A stretch of 64,000 bases of DNA, taken from positions 32,001-96,000 of the IMG/VR virus record IMGVR_UViG_3300023218_000040. One strand, given 5' to 3'. Source of the DNA: a virus. Its lineage: Duplodnaviria; Caudoviricetes. Positions 1-9,588 of this stretch are shown here, piece after piece. The translations under genes and the position numbers were made by a program. The notes beneath the pieces were generated by a model. It saw only the letters and a program-made list of their open reading frames with translations, was not told the origin of the DNA and searched no databases. Position 1 is the first letter of the stretch. The number at the start of each line of letters is the position of its first letter.

Positions 1-2277
1 TAACTCGTTGCGGTCGATAACTTCCGGTGGATTATTGCTTTCATCGACTCGCACGGCGAAGTCAAACAAAGCACGTAGGGACTTCAGACCAGCAAGGTAA
101 CGCTCGGTTACAATCTGAGCCGAACGACGAGTCACCGCATCATTGATTTCGAACAGGAACGGCTCCAACAGACGCTGTAGGTCGTACTTCATCTTGGCGA
201 TGAGTCGTGCCACGTTGATGCGGTCAAGTGCGGATGCGAATCCCTGGTTCGTCTTCTGACCAAACACAACCAGACCACGAGTTGGCATGAATGCGATTGG
301 GTTGATGCGGTTATCATATAGTACATCACGCTGAGATTTGGTTAGAACCAGCGGAGTGTATTCACCATCGTTGTTAATGTGACCAACCGAAGAAGCATTG
401 TCAACACGACCACGGCGGAAGCCGGCTGGTGGGAACCAAGGTGCAGCTACCGAGTCAGAGAATGCGATTGTACGTAATGCAATATGAGATGGTGGCTGTA
501 CAACATCCTCTCCGTCAAGGTTGGTAGCCAATGCCCATGGGTACCAGAAACCGGCAAATGCCGATGGTCCAGAAGCAAAGCCACGCTCACCAGTCGCCAC
601 AACATTGTTGGCGTTGGTAATCCACTCGGCTGCCGTAATCTCACGACCCTCTGGAATACCATTCGGAATCATGAACTTCGGCGTATCAGCAACCACGAAT
701 GCAGTTTCGTTGTTGTCAGCGTTCAAAGCAATCATCTCATCGTATAGTTCAGGGTATCCTGGGCATGCGATAAGCTGGAAGAAATTAACCTCGGCACGAA
801 TCTCCTGGTTTGCAACGAACTGAGCTTGTAGTGCCTCTACCACAACGTCACGCTGTGCCAAACGACCGAACTTATCCCCTGCGGCTGGCTCCCAGAAGTT
901 CCCAGTTTGAGGAACAACCACAAAGCTACCTGCCTGCTCTACAACTGTTACAGCATCAAAGTCTGGGTTAAAGACCTTGACAGTGTTGCGAGTGCGAGAC
1001 TCGCCAGTGTTGCACCAGTACGTACCGTTCAATACGGCAGAAGCTACCGGATCATCAGGCTGGAACAGGACTGCATCACGAATGTTAACCCAGGCACCAC
1101 CAGTACGACGCATGATCTGTGGGTAGTTGTCACGTGCCTCTGGGGTTGACAGATCAACCCAGATTGCGCCCTCAGCAGGAAATACTGGAGCAGATGCAGA
1201 AATGACCTTCTGACGATTGGTTGGGTTTGATACCGTGGTGGTCTCGATTGGTACCCACTGGTTACCAAAGCCAACATCGGTTCCTTCCAAATACAAAGCG
1301 AAGTCAGTGAACGTGTCATCGAACCAGTATGTTCCAGTGTCTGGTTCAGAAACAGGAGCCTCAGACTGAATGAATACTGGTAGAGGAATGAACGTGGTGC
1401 CCGTTCCGACAAACAGTGGGCGTGCACCAGTAGTGTTTACATTCGAGATGTCTTCCCAGATGGTGTTCTCATTTGGAACAGGCATCATGGTGTCACGGAT
1501 GATCGTCTGGCTAACAAACACGCCATCCGCTGCACGAAAGCGACGTAGTTTCAGGTTTACACCACCAGCAGAAGAAGTTGTCTTCCACCAGTAGTCACCA
1601 TCGGCAACGCTACCACCGGTAGGAGTAGTGGGAGATACGTGCAGGTTCGTTCCTGCGCCAAAGTCAGTTGCTAGGTTGGCGTCCGTAGCCTCCTTCCAAG
1701 AACCAGCAAACTTGTAAACGATCTTACCATCAGAATTGGAGTAGTCAAATCCCCAATCTCCGTTAGAACCATCTGCACCGGTTGGTGGAGTGGTGAACAC
1801 CAAGAAATCATTGGTGTCAGTGATTGGATTGAATACACCACCGCTGCGAACAAAGATACCACCAACAACCTCATCGGAATCAATCCAATAGGTGTTGTCA
1901 GGTGGCGGAAGAACTGGCTCAACCTCAGATGGAACCAATTGTTCCAGCGGAAGATTAACACGTAGTATAAATGCACGGCTACCACGACCCAGGAAGCTGT
2001 GAGCGGCCAACAGAGCGTATTCGTTGGTCTCGTCTCCTGGAACTGGTTCACCAGCGCTCTCAACAAACACCGGGTTGCCGTAGTTTAGCAACAATTCACG
2101 CTGCGATGTAACCAAACGTAGCTTGCCAGACTCAACCGTTCCCGGTGCTGTAGCTGCTCCGTCCGAAGAAATCTTGTTCGACCTCGTGGCGATTATGAAT
2201 AGCGGAATCGTTTGCGGGTTAGGTTCGGCGTAGATACTGGCGTCTGTAACGCTAACCGTAACTGATGGTGAAGTCAT
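1..2277 (-). CDS. gp18: Tail sheath protein, T4 gp18-like (3' end runs off window)
   Basis: Not in ORF track (no stop in window). Manual translation from ATG 2277 (SD GAGAGGA) is open to position 1: MTSPSVTVSVTDASIYAEP...PWFPPAGFRRGRV...RINPIAFMPTRGLVVFGQKT...ALDRINVARLI, typical sheath C-terminal motifs. Confidence 0.93.
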   Translation of the reverse strand, partial: MTSPSVTVSVTDASIYAEPNPQTIPLFIIATRSNKISSDGAATAPGTVESGKLRLVTSQRELLLNYGNPVFVESAGEPVPGDETNEYALLAAHSFLGRGSRAFILRVNLPLEQLVPSEVEPVLPPPDNTYWIDSDEVVGGIFVRSGGVFNPITDTNDFLVFTTPPTGADGSNGDWGFDYSNSDGKIVYKFAGSWKEATDANLATDFGAGTNLHVSPTTPTGGSVADGDYWWKTTSSAGGVNLKLRRFRAADGVFVSQTIIRDTMMPVPNENTIWEDISNVNTTGARPLFVGTGTTFIPLPVFIQSEAPVSEPDTGTYWFDDTFTDFALYLEGTDVGFGNQWVPIETTTVSNPTNRQKVISASAPVFPAEGAIWVDLSTPEARDNYPQIMRRTGGAWVNIRDAVLFQPDDPVASAVLNGTYWCNTGESRTRNTVKVFNPDFDAVTVVEQAGSFVVVPQTGNFWEPAAGDKFGRLAQRDVVVEALQAQFVANQEIRAEVNFFQLIACPGYPELYDEMIALNADNNETAFVVADTPKFMIPNGIPEGREITAAEWITNANNVVATGERGFASGPSAFAGFWYPWALATNLDGEDVVQPPSHIALRTIAFSDSVAAPWFPPAGFRRGRVDNASSVGHINNDGEYTPLVLTKSQRDVLYDNRINPIAFMPTRGLVVFGQKTNQGFASALDRINVARLIAKMKYDLQRLLEPFLFEINDAVTRRSAQIVTERYLAGLKSLRALFDFAVRVDESNNPPEVIDRNEL

Positions 2278-2316
2278 TTTCTGTATTCCTCTCAATAGGA
2301 GATTTCGTGCTATTCA

Positions 2317-2322
2317 TATTTA
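2317..2322 (-). promoter_or_regulatory. Putative late promoter TAAATA (sheath)
   Basis: TAAATA 40 nt upstream of sheath ATG; motif recurs before most virion genes. Confidence 0.65.
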
Positions 2323-2390
2323 TCAAGACGCTGACTTTTGAGGACTCGAACCTCATATAAGAACTTTGTTCCTGGTGTACATATATATCT

Positions 2391-3110
2391 ATGGGACGAA
2401 AAGTAACTACAGAGATTTTTATTAAGGAATCCCGGAATCTTCATGATGGAAAGTACACCTATGAGAAGACAGTGTTTGTCTCTTCACGAGACAACGTGAC
2501 GATCACATGTCCAATTCATGGGGATTTTCAACAACGGGCGTCTTCACACGCACAAGGAAACGGCTGTAAGAAATGTCAAGATGACAGCCGTCGAATGACT
2601 ACTGAAACTTTCATAAAGAAAGCTCGTCAGATTCACGGTAATCGTTTTGATTATTCTAAAGCTGACTATAAGGGTTCACATAAACGTGTAACCATAATTT
2701 GTCTCCTTCACGGCGAATTCACTCCATTGGCCTACCTCCACCTTCAAAAGAAAGGTTGCAGTATTTGCAAATATCTGAATCACCCAGGTGGCTATACGTA
2801 TGAATTGTTCGACCGTGATGAAGAGTTAGCGAGATCCATTGGGGTGTTCTATATTGTAGAATACCAATTCGATGATGAAACTTTCATCAAGATAGGAATT
2901 ACTCAGCACGACGCTTACGTGAGGCATAAAAGCTATTGGAAAAACGTCGAGGTTTTGTTAGAAAGGCCGATGAGACTGAAAGAAGCTTTCCATTATGAAC
3001 AAGTATTGCTTCATAGAAAAGATTTGCAACCCTACCGGTATACTCCAAAAAATCTAATGGCTGGAGTAACCGATTGTTTCACCGTTGATGTGAAACCACT
3101 TTTGTTCTAA
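2391..3110 (+). CDS. Putative homing endonuclease: two CxxHG...GCxxC Zn-ribbon repeats plus GIY-YIG/T5orf172-like C-terminal domain
   Basis: Repeats ITCPIHGDFQQRASSHAQGNGCKKC and IICLLHGEF...GCSIC; C-terminal FYIVEY...FIKIGIT motif; antisense to flanking virion genes. Confidence 0.7.
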   Translation: MGRKVTTEIFIKESRNLHDGKYTYEKTVFVSSRDNVTITCPIHGDFQQRASSHAQGNGCKKCQDDSRRMTTETFIKKARQIHGNRFDYSKADYKGSHKRVTIICLLHGEFTPLAYLHLQKKGCSICKYLNHPGGYTYELFDRDEELARSIGVFYIVEYQFDDETFIKIGITQHDAYVRHKSYWKNVEVLLERPMRLKEAFHYEQVLLHRKDLQPYRYTPKNLMAGVTDCFTVDVKPLLF

Positions 3111-3116
3111 CGAGTC

Positions 3117-3617
3117 TTACTCCAGGTCTATCTGCTTAACATCCTCAAGTTTGTCTTTTCTGACCAATAGAAGTAGCACTACACGTCCATACATTGGGAA
3201 ATCGTCCTCCATTCTTCCGTACGGCACGTACCCTACATTATCCAGGTCGTTCTTTCTGCGACTCAGTAACCTAGTGTAGATTCTTTCTCGGTGTGGCTTT
3301 GCACCCAATAACAATATCTGCGGCTTCTTTTTCGTCAGATAATCTCCGATGATGTCCATGATTGTGGAGAATACTAGGAACTCGTTGCCACTGCCGATTT
3401 CGTATTCTTCCCACTGTCCATCAATTTCCGCAGCGAAACCCATCATGTGAGTATCAAACCCAGGTATGATTGGAATCTGACGGCCTAGACCTACAACGTA
3501 TCGGATGTCTCCAATATGAAATTCGGCAGCGTACTGGAACATTCCAGGGAATGGATTGTTATGAACCGATAGCCACTCCCAAGCTGCTGTGCGGTTGAAT
3601 AATTCCAGTAGTGTCAT
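3117..3617 (-). CDS. Hypothetical protein
   Basis: 166-aa ORF packed between gp15-like gene and endonuclease gene, with SD upstream; no recognised catalytic motif. Confidence 0.7.
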   Translation of the reverse strand: MTLLELFNRTAAWEWLSVHNNPFPGMFQYAAEFHIGDIRYVVGLGRQIPIIPGFDTHMMGFAAEIDGQWEEYEIGSGNEFLVFSTIMDIIGDYLTKKKPQILLLGAKPHRERIYTRLLSRRKNDLDNVGYVPYGRMEDDFPMYGRVVLLLLVRKDKLEDVKQIDLE

Positions 3618-3622
3618 GTCCT

Positions 3623-4390
3623 TTATCCAAACGTCTGAAATCGTAGAACATCATCCTCATCAGCCTTGATGACACACCGAAAGATTTCATCCAGATCATC
3701 AAACTCGATGACATCTGTAACCTCGGGATCGCCACTGTTCAAATCCAAAATAGGAACCTGAATCTTGAAGATATGCTTGGTCTCCAAAACCTTGGCTGGG
3801 GCCGATAGCCACAACGTAGTAGTGAATGGCAAAGTGATGACGTTCAGCGGATCAATGTCTACACCAGAAGGAACAGCCGCTTCAAAACGTACATCCAAAT
3901 CAAAGTTCAACGTCGTCAGGAAAGTCCAGTCAGCAATACTATTAGACAAAGCAATGTCCATCTCAGGGTTGAAGACCACACCAATCTGCTCTAGAATCTG
4001 AAAACCCTGGTCCTGGTTTGAACCCCAAATGGATAGCTCGAAGTTTAACTCGTACGGCACTGGTTGATAGCGCTCTACGGTCTTTCGCCTTCCAGGCTGA
4101 TTGATGAGAAGCTTGCCCTCTGGATCACGAGCACGCTCTACAAATTGCAGTTTCTCAATGTGCTGTGGTTGTTGTCGCCATTCGGCTTTCTGTCGCATAC
4201 CGGTCATGATTAGCGACATTATAGGTACGTATGCGACTGTATTCTCACTACCACCTTGAAGAATGTAACCGACTGTTCGGTCCATGCTGCCGTACATGAT
4301 TGGAACATCCAAGAAGTGATGCTTGCCATCACGCTGAACACCAGTACGAACCTGATAGCCAGCAAACATCGCCATGATTTGAACAATCAT
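3623..4390 (-). CDS. gp15: Tail terminator / sheath stabiliser, T4 gp15-like (true start uncertain, see findings)
   Basis: VPIMYG, PVPYELNFELSIW, QILEQIGVVFNP motifs; located between sheath and neck genes. Confidence 0.8.
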   Translation of the reverse strand: MIVQIMAMFAGYQVRTGVQRDGKHHFLDVPIMYGSMDRTVGYILQGGSENTVAYVPIMSLIMTGMRQKAEWRQQPQHIEKLQFVERARDPEGKLLINQPGRRKTVERYQPVPYELNFELSIWGSNQDQGFQILEQIGVVFNPEMDIALSNSIADWTFLTTLNFDLDVRFEAAVPSGVDIDPLNVITLPFTTTLWLSAPAKVLETKHIFKIQVPILDLNSGDPEVTDVIEFDDLDEIFRCVIKADEDDVLRFQTFG

Positions 4391-4498
4391 GCGCTTTATC
4401 TGTGCGTCGTAAAAAAAAAAGGTTTCCGTCTCAATCCCTGAAGACGGCTATTATCAGCATTATTCATTTAAAGCCCTTAAACATTAGCTTAGTATTAG

Positions 4499-4527
4499 TA
4501 TTTAGGGATACATGAATATCCTAAATA
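4499..4527. promoter_or_regulatory. Back-to-back TAAATA motifs forming an imperfect palindrome
   Basis: TATTTAGGGATA-CATGAA-TATCCTAAATA: TAAATA on minus (4499-4504) towards gp15 and on plus (4522-4527) towards the HNH gene. Confidence 0.55.
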
Positions 4528-4559
4528 TATTCGTATTGGAATCATAACGAGGATACAAA

Positions 4560-5711
4560 ATGCTATCCAAAGAGCAGGTTATTGAACAGTGTATGTCTTT
4601 CTATAAGAGGACCAACAGACTTCCTCGCCAGAAAGATTTTAGTTGCATAGATGGAGTTAATCAACATGTAGTTGAGAAATATTTTAACTCCATGAAAAGA
4701 TTATACCAAGCGATGGGAGTTGATAAAGATATCAGACGTAGAACCAAACTATCCCTGATTGCCTCGGGTCGAAATTTCAAATCTGGTAATGGTAGGTATC
4801 CGACTAGAAGGGATATAAACAGAGCCAATGGTTTTCGTCATGGAGATAAGACCGTTGTAAAACTCTTTGGTTCTTGGGATGCTTATCTTGATTCTATAGA
4901 GTATGCTGACCACACTAAATTCACCCCGGTTGGCAAGCGCCGTAGGCGTAACATGTCTGAACGAATTTTCTTAGATTGGTTATGCAACCAAAGGTATGAA
5001 AAGAATGGGTGCTGGATTTGGACCAAAAACACTAACTCTGGTGGGTATGGCTTAGTCATATATCAAGGGAAATATCACCTTGTACACCGCCTTTCGTATT
5101 CAATGCTGATTGGAAATATACCAAACGATATGGTGATTCGTCATATCTGTGACAATCCAGCTTGTTACAACCCGGAACATCTGATGATTGGCACCCATTC
5201 AGATAATCGTAAGGACCACACTAAAAGAAATCCCATCAACTCTAGAAAATCCTCCGTCGTCAAAAAACCGGCTGGCATTTGGGGGGACGACTTATATCTC
5301 TGGGCTCTATCTGTTTGCACCGAAAAGGATGGGTGTATGTTGTATCCATCATCCCGAAAATATCCAGTAGTGTTCCATAAAGGGAAAAGCTATCGAATGG
5401 GTAGACTACTGTACAGCATAAATCACTCAATGGAGTATTCAGGAAATTGGATAGCTCGGCACACTTGTCACAATCCCAAGTGTATAAATCCACAACACAT
5501 TGTTAGTGGAACAAGATCTGATAATGCTATTGACAGCAGAGAGAAGTCATCTGTATCACGTATTTCAATGAATATAGCAAGGGAAATTCGAAAGGAATGG
5601 TTGAACTCTTCAACTAAACCAACAACATTCGATAAGCAATGGGCTACGATTTTGGGGGTATCAGTATCAACAATTGCCTCTATCAGACACAATCGAATTT
5701 GGAAAGAATAG
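4560..5711 (+). CDS. HNH (His-Me finger) homing endonuclease with two tandem nuclease domains
   Basis: CWIWT...GGYG...HRLSY...IRHICDNPACYNPEHL...N and GCML...ARHTCHNPKCINPQHI...N; N-terminal repeats LPRQKDF / YPTRRD; C-terminal HTH-like segment. Confidence 0.85.
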   Translation: MLSKEQVIEQCMSFYKRTNRLPRQKDFSCIDGVNQHVVEKYFNSMKRLYQAMGVDKDIRRRTKLSLIASGRNFKSGNGRYPTRRDINRANGFRHGDKTVVKLFGSWDAYLDSIEYADHTKFTPVGKRRRRNMSERIFLDWLCNQRYEKNGCWIWTKNTNSGGYGLVIYQGKYHLVHRLSYSMLIGNIPNDMVIRHICDNPACYNPEHLMIGTHSDNRKDHTKRNPINSRKSSVVKKPAGIWGDDLYLWALSVCTEKDGCMLYPSSRKYPVVFHKGKSYRMGRLLYSINHSMEYSGNWIARHTCHNPKCINPQHIVSGTRSDNAIDSREKSSVSRISMNIAREIRKEWLNSSTKPTTFDKQWATILGVSVSTIASIRHNRIWKE

Positions 5712-5719
5712 TGTTCCTC

Positions 5720-5911
5720 TCAAGAAGTTGTCTCGGATGAATGTGGATCGACCTTAACCCTAAGTTTCTTCTTGCCACCACGACGTTTGGACTTGATGCT
5801 TTTATACTTAATTGAGTCATCGGGCAATGGATACTCATGCCGTGGCTCAATGTCCGGGTGCAGATAATGACTATTGTCATGACCTTCTCTGTACAAGTCC
5901 CAAATCTTCAT
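5720..5911 (-). CDS. Small basic hypothetical protein
   Basis: 63 aa, ATGA overlap with the neck gene stop (5908-5911), Lys/Arg-rich C-terminus. Confidence 0.55.
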   Translation of the reverse strand: MKIWDLYREGHDNSHYLHPDIEPRHEYPLPDDSIKYKSIKSKRRGGKKKLRVKVDPHSSETTS

Positions 5912-7179
5912 GAATCCTTAAGCCTCCCATCGTTGGCGTCATCAAGGTTTTCGAATGGTTCACGCTTGCTACTGCTATCACCATCTCCCGATGGGTTAGA
6001 TCGATCTTCTCTTTCTGTTAGCACATCATGAATACTTTTGAGTTCCCATGGTCGCTCACGGTCTTCGTTGGACCTATCAGACATAAACTCTCGTAATTGG
6101 ACAACCCAATTGTATGGCTGCCATTCACGCTTATTATCCTTCTCCATCAACTTCCAACGACGACGATCTGCTTCATATCTGAAAAGTCGGTTTGGAACAA
6201 AATCAATACGAAGGAACCATTCACCATCCGCAGGGCTACTTGGAAAGTTAACCCCTTGTGCTACTGGCTCGCCGTTATCCGGCTTTCCATCACCCGTCCA
6301 ACGGTATGGCTTACGACTTGGGTGATCTGGACACCAGTACAGAATGGTGGTATCAAACCACGTGGTGTTAACGTATTCACGTGCTTGCTGTTGATTGGCT
6401 TCTGTTACAGCCATTTTTGTATCACGGTTGGACATCTGGTCTGCTAAGCTCCTTCCGTATTCGTCCTGACGGTCAAACAAGTCAAGGAACTCTTGCTGAT
6501 GTCGCATCGGCTTCAAAGTGACAGCCGAAATATGACGGGCATACATCGGGTCGTATCCAGCAGGAGACCACACAATAGAAGCAACTTCATACCACTTGTT
6601 TGCTCTTCGTCCGTCCAAGCCTACTTCACGCAGATGAGGCATTTCAATCACATCACCAGGAAATAGTCGGCGGTCTAATTGCCTTTCCATTTCCTCGGTG
6701 TGGATCTCAAGAGTGATAACGTCATTAGCCAAAGCCAATCCAAATCGAGCATACTCAAGTTCATTCTGACTTACGGTGTACACCACACGAAGGGTCGGGA
6801 TAGTATCAAAATCATACTCACGATCTCGTTCTTCAAGAAGAATTGTATCCTGAATACCAAGGAACGAACCAACGTCCGTAGCCTGTCCCTGATTTTCAGG
6901 CCCGTATGGGTTTTCACGAGTGTCATCCACATCGAATAGGTTCTCTTCATTTGCCGTGTCATCACCATGTGGGTCAACTTTTACGCCAAAGTTATCCTCG
7001 TCCTGGTCGAATGTTCCAACCAAACGATATACGTTCACATCAATGCCACCCATCTCAATATGGTGGCGCATTAGATCAGACAGGAACTTACTCGTCTTAG
7101 TTTTGTTACCAAAATGAGACGGTCCTTGTGTGTCCTTTGCGAACCAAGTGAATGGGTTGTTTGGTCTGAATTTTGGCAT
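5908..7179 (-). CDS. Neck / head-completion protein, gp14-like
   Basis: IQDTILLEERDREYD, ARFGL, FPGDVIEMPHL and FPSSPADGEWFLRIDFVPNRLFRY motifs; next to gp13-like gene; late promoter upstream. Confidence 0.75.
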   Translation of the reverse strand: MPKFRPNNPFTWFAKDTQGPSHFGNKTKTSKFLSDLMRHHIEMGGIDVNVYRLVGTFDQDEDNFGVKVDPHGDDTANEENLFDVDDTRENPYGPENQGQATDVGSFLGIQDTILLEERDREYDFDTIPTLRVVYTVSQNELEYARFGLALANDVITLEIHTEEMERQLDRRLFPGDVIEMPHLREVGLDGRRANKWYEVASIVWSPAGYDPMYARHISAVTLKPMRHQQEFLDLFDRQDEYGRSLADQMSNRDTKMAVTEANQQQAREYVNTTWFDTTILYWCPDHPSRKPYRWTGDGKPDNGEPVAQGVNFPSSPADGEWFLRIDFVPNRLFRYEADRRRWKLMEKDNKREWQPYNWVVQLREFMSDRSNEDRERPWELKSIHDVLTEREDRSNPSGDGDSSSKREPFENLDDANDGRLKDS

Positions 7180-7215
7180 TGCTCTTTCTATAATTCATAC
7201 TAAAACGGATTTGAG

Positions 7216-7221
7216 TATTTA
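7216..7221 (-). promoter_or_regulatory. Putative late promoter TAAATA
   Basis: 37 nt upstream of ATG 7179. Confidence 0.6.
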
Positions 7222-7313
7222 GCACGTATTCAATTACTACACTATTGAACTACACCAATATCTGAGTATCTTCATATAAGTATAGAAATCGGAATGGTTA
7301 AAAAAGGTACGGT

Positions 7314-8759
7314 ATGAGTAGAAATCACACGACGGCATCTGCTATTTCGAGAGCTATAGGTATTCATGGAGATCGGTACGACTATTCTCTATTCGAATAT
7401 CATGGGGACAAAAACCCTTCTATCATCATTTGTAAAGAGCATGGTCCATTCGAACAACGGGCTGGTAATCATTTACAAGGTCAGGGATGTCCGGATTGTG
7501 GTTTGTTAGATAGGAGTGAAAAACGTAGATTAGGAAAGAAACGTTTTCTAGAACAATGTTTAAAGATACATGGCGAAGCTTATGATTACTCACAATTCGT
7601 CTATCACAATAACAAGACCTCTGGTGTCATTATATGTCCTATCCATGGAGAATTTTCAAAAACCCCTATTGCTCATCTAAACAAAAAACGAGGATGTCCG
7701 TTTTGTACAAACGGGTATTATGAGAGAAAATCCAGTAACACCTTTATTCGTGATGCTAACCTAATTCATGAAGGAAGGTACAATTATGACCGAACAATAT
7801 ATAAAGGAGCATTTGTAAAAACAAATATAGTGTGTCATAAACATGGACAATTTGAGCAAGCACCCAAGGAACATTTACGTGGGAGGGGATGTCCGAAGTG
7901 CTCCACTACTACATCTACTCCACAATTAGAAATAGCCGGATACTTTAAGATGAACGGTTATGAAGTATCCTTAAATGATCGTAATGCTATCGCCCCATTA
8001 GAGTTGGATGTGTTCATACCCGAACTAAAACTTGCTATTGAATATTGTGGATTGTATTGGCATACAGAAAACATTTTAGGTAAAGAATATCATTATGAAA
8101 AGTATAACCGGTGTAAAGAACAAAACATTGTATTGATAACTATTTTCGAAGATGAATGGTTAGAAAAGAAGGATTGTGTTCTCAGAATACTACAAAACAG
8201 AACTGGTAATAATAAGACAATTACCGGTGCTAGAAACTTAGATGTCACAAAAATATCAGCCAGAGATAGTCATATATTTTTAGAAACGTTTCATATTGCC
8301 GGAAAATCTAGAGGATCTGTTCATCTAGGCGCATATCATAAGAACGAATTAATAGGAGTCATGACATTTGGTAAACCTACTAGACAATCTACCCATGAAT
8401 GGGAACTTCTAAGATTTGCTACCTCTGGGTTATATCCAGGATTGGCATCAAAGATGTTTAGAACATTTGTGAAGGATTATAATCCAAATACCGTAGTGAC
8501 CTTTGCAGATTGTAGATGGTTTTCTGGAAAAGTATTTGAGAGAATGGGATTTAAGTTTCAAAAACAGATACCTATAGATTACTCATACGTTAAAAATAAA
8601 AGGCGATACCACAAGTCGTTTATGAGAAAAGAACGTGTGCAAAACAGAGAATGCATCCCCACTGAAGGGAAAACAGAAAAAATGTTATCGAAAGAATTAG
8701 GATATTCCAGAATTTGGGATTGTGGAAAAAATCGATATGAATGGTTCAACCACGAATAG
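7314..8759 (+). CDS. Hef-like putative homing endonuclease: 3 Zn-ribbon repeats + PD-(D/E)XK nuclease + Mom/GNAT-like domain
   Basis: CxxHG..F.Q...H..G.GCPxC x3; ELDVFIPELKLAIEYCGLYWH; ELLRFAT...GLASKMF...VTFADCRW...RIWDCG; AT-rich relative to flanking genes. Confidence 0.8.
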   Translation: MSRNHTTASAISRAIGIHGDRYDYSLFEYHGDKNPSIIICKEHGPFEQRAGNHLQGQGCPDCGLLDRSEKRRLGKKRFLEQCLKIHGEAYDYSQFVYHNNKTSGVIICPIHGEFSKTPIAHLNKKRGCPFCTNGYYERKSSNTFIRDANLIHEGRYNYDRTIYKGAFVKTNIVCHKHGQFEQAPKEHLRGRGCPKCSTTTSTPQLEIAGYFKMNGYEVSLNDRNAIAPLELDVFIPELKLAIEYCGLYWHTENILGKEYHYEKYNRCKEQNIVLITIFEDEWLEKKDCVLRILQNRTGNNKTITGARNLDVTKISARDSHIFLETFHIAGKSRGSVHLGAYHKNELIGVMTFGKPTRQSTHEWELLRFATSGLYPGLASKMFRTFVKDYNPNTVVTFADCRWFSGKVFERMGFKFQKQIPIDYSYVKNKRRYHKSFMRKERVQNRECIPTEGKTEKMLSKELGYSRIWDCGKNRYEWFNHE

Positions 8760-9558
8760 GCTGAGGAATTTCCCCACTATCAGAATATAATAACAAGTCA
8801 TCTTCCAACACTTGTTTACGTTCCCAACCTTCACTAACTAATGCTTCTCCCTTCATAACCGTTCCACCTTGCGCACCGGGTAAGGTACTAAAAAGACGAT
8901 ATTTTTCACCCAAAATGACTTTGCACTCGGCCATCGAATACTCTTGAAGCCAGCGATAGGCCCAATGATCATTCAGTAACTCTTCCCATGACTTGAGCAC
9001 GCTGCAATCGGCAATAATAACCTCATCCTGGTCTGGAACCTGAGTAAGAAAAATACTATTCGTTTCATTTCTCCAGACAAAATGGAGTTCTCTTACAAAC
9101 AGACGATCCAAGGTCTCTTGGTACTGAAGAGTCAGGTCGTAGGACACCAAATCAAAGGCGGCACCATTCTGTCCAATGCCTCCACGAAGCAGTGTGTTAG
9201 CCGTGGCGGCTCCAAACGACTCGAACGCACCAGAGCCACCGGCGTTTCCTCCGAACAGCCCACGGGCTCTCCAAAGGCGTGTGACAGAATCCACTTTCTC
9301 ATCAAAAATATACTGCTGAACCTGGGGGAGAACGTCAATCACAGCGTAGGACTTATAATAGCAACGACCGGAATGGGTTCTGTAGGTGTCCACCGCTCGA
9401 CGCCAGGACACGTCAAAGTCTTCGTCTTCCAGGTGAACGTCAATGCTCTGGCCACCAAGACGAGTGTTAACCTCATAATAGAATCGCTCCAGCTTCCTTT
9501 TGGTCTCTGGGCGATTGACCTCGTGGTCTGATGGTTGCACTAGATCGAAGGTAGCCAT
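8746..9558 (-). CDS. gp13: Neck protein, T4 gp13-like
   Basis: TRLGGQSIDVHLEDEDF, WLQEYSMAECKVILGEKYRLF...PG.QGG motifs. Confidence 0.85.
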   Translation of the reverse strand: MATFDLVQPSDHEVNRPETKRKLERFYYEVNTRLGGQSIDVHLEDEDFDVSWRRAVDTYRTHSGRCYYKSYAVIDVLPQVQQYIFDEKVDSVTRLWRARGLFGGNAGGSGAFESFGAATANTLLRGGIGQNGAAFDLVSYDLTLQYQETLDRLFVRELHFVWRNETNSIFLTQVPDQDEVIIADCSVLKSWEELLNDHWAYRWLQEYSMAECKVILGEKYRLFSTLPGAQGGTVMKGEALVSEGWERKQVLEDDLLLYSDSGEIPQPIRG

Positions 9559-9582
9559 TCCAGTTCTCCAGTTTGTTCCAAG

Positions 9583-9588
9583 TATTTA
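9583..9588 (-). promoter_or_regulatory. Putative late promoter TAAATA
   Basis: 25 nt upstream of ATG 9558. Confidence 0.6.

Noticed and set aside
2332-2406. tRNA-like T-arm on minus strand (TGAGG-TTCGAGT-CCTCA) with a 6/7 acceptor-like pairing
   Set aside because: No valid anticodon stem with a 7-nt loop, D-arm mismatched, and it overlaps an ORF start. Not called as tRNA; tRNAscan-SE or ARAGORN would settle it.
4420-5720. Group I intron around the HNH gene splitting gp15
   Set aside because: No recognisable P7 R/S core sequences, no upstream exon with a start codon, and the HNH gene is antisense.
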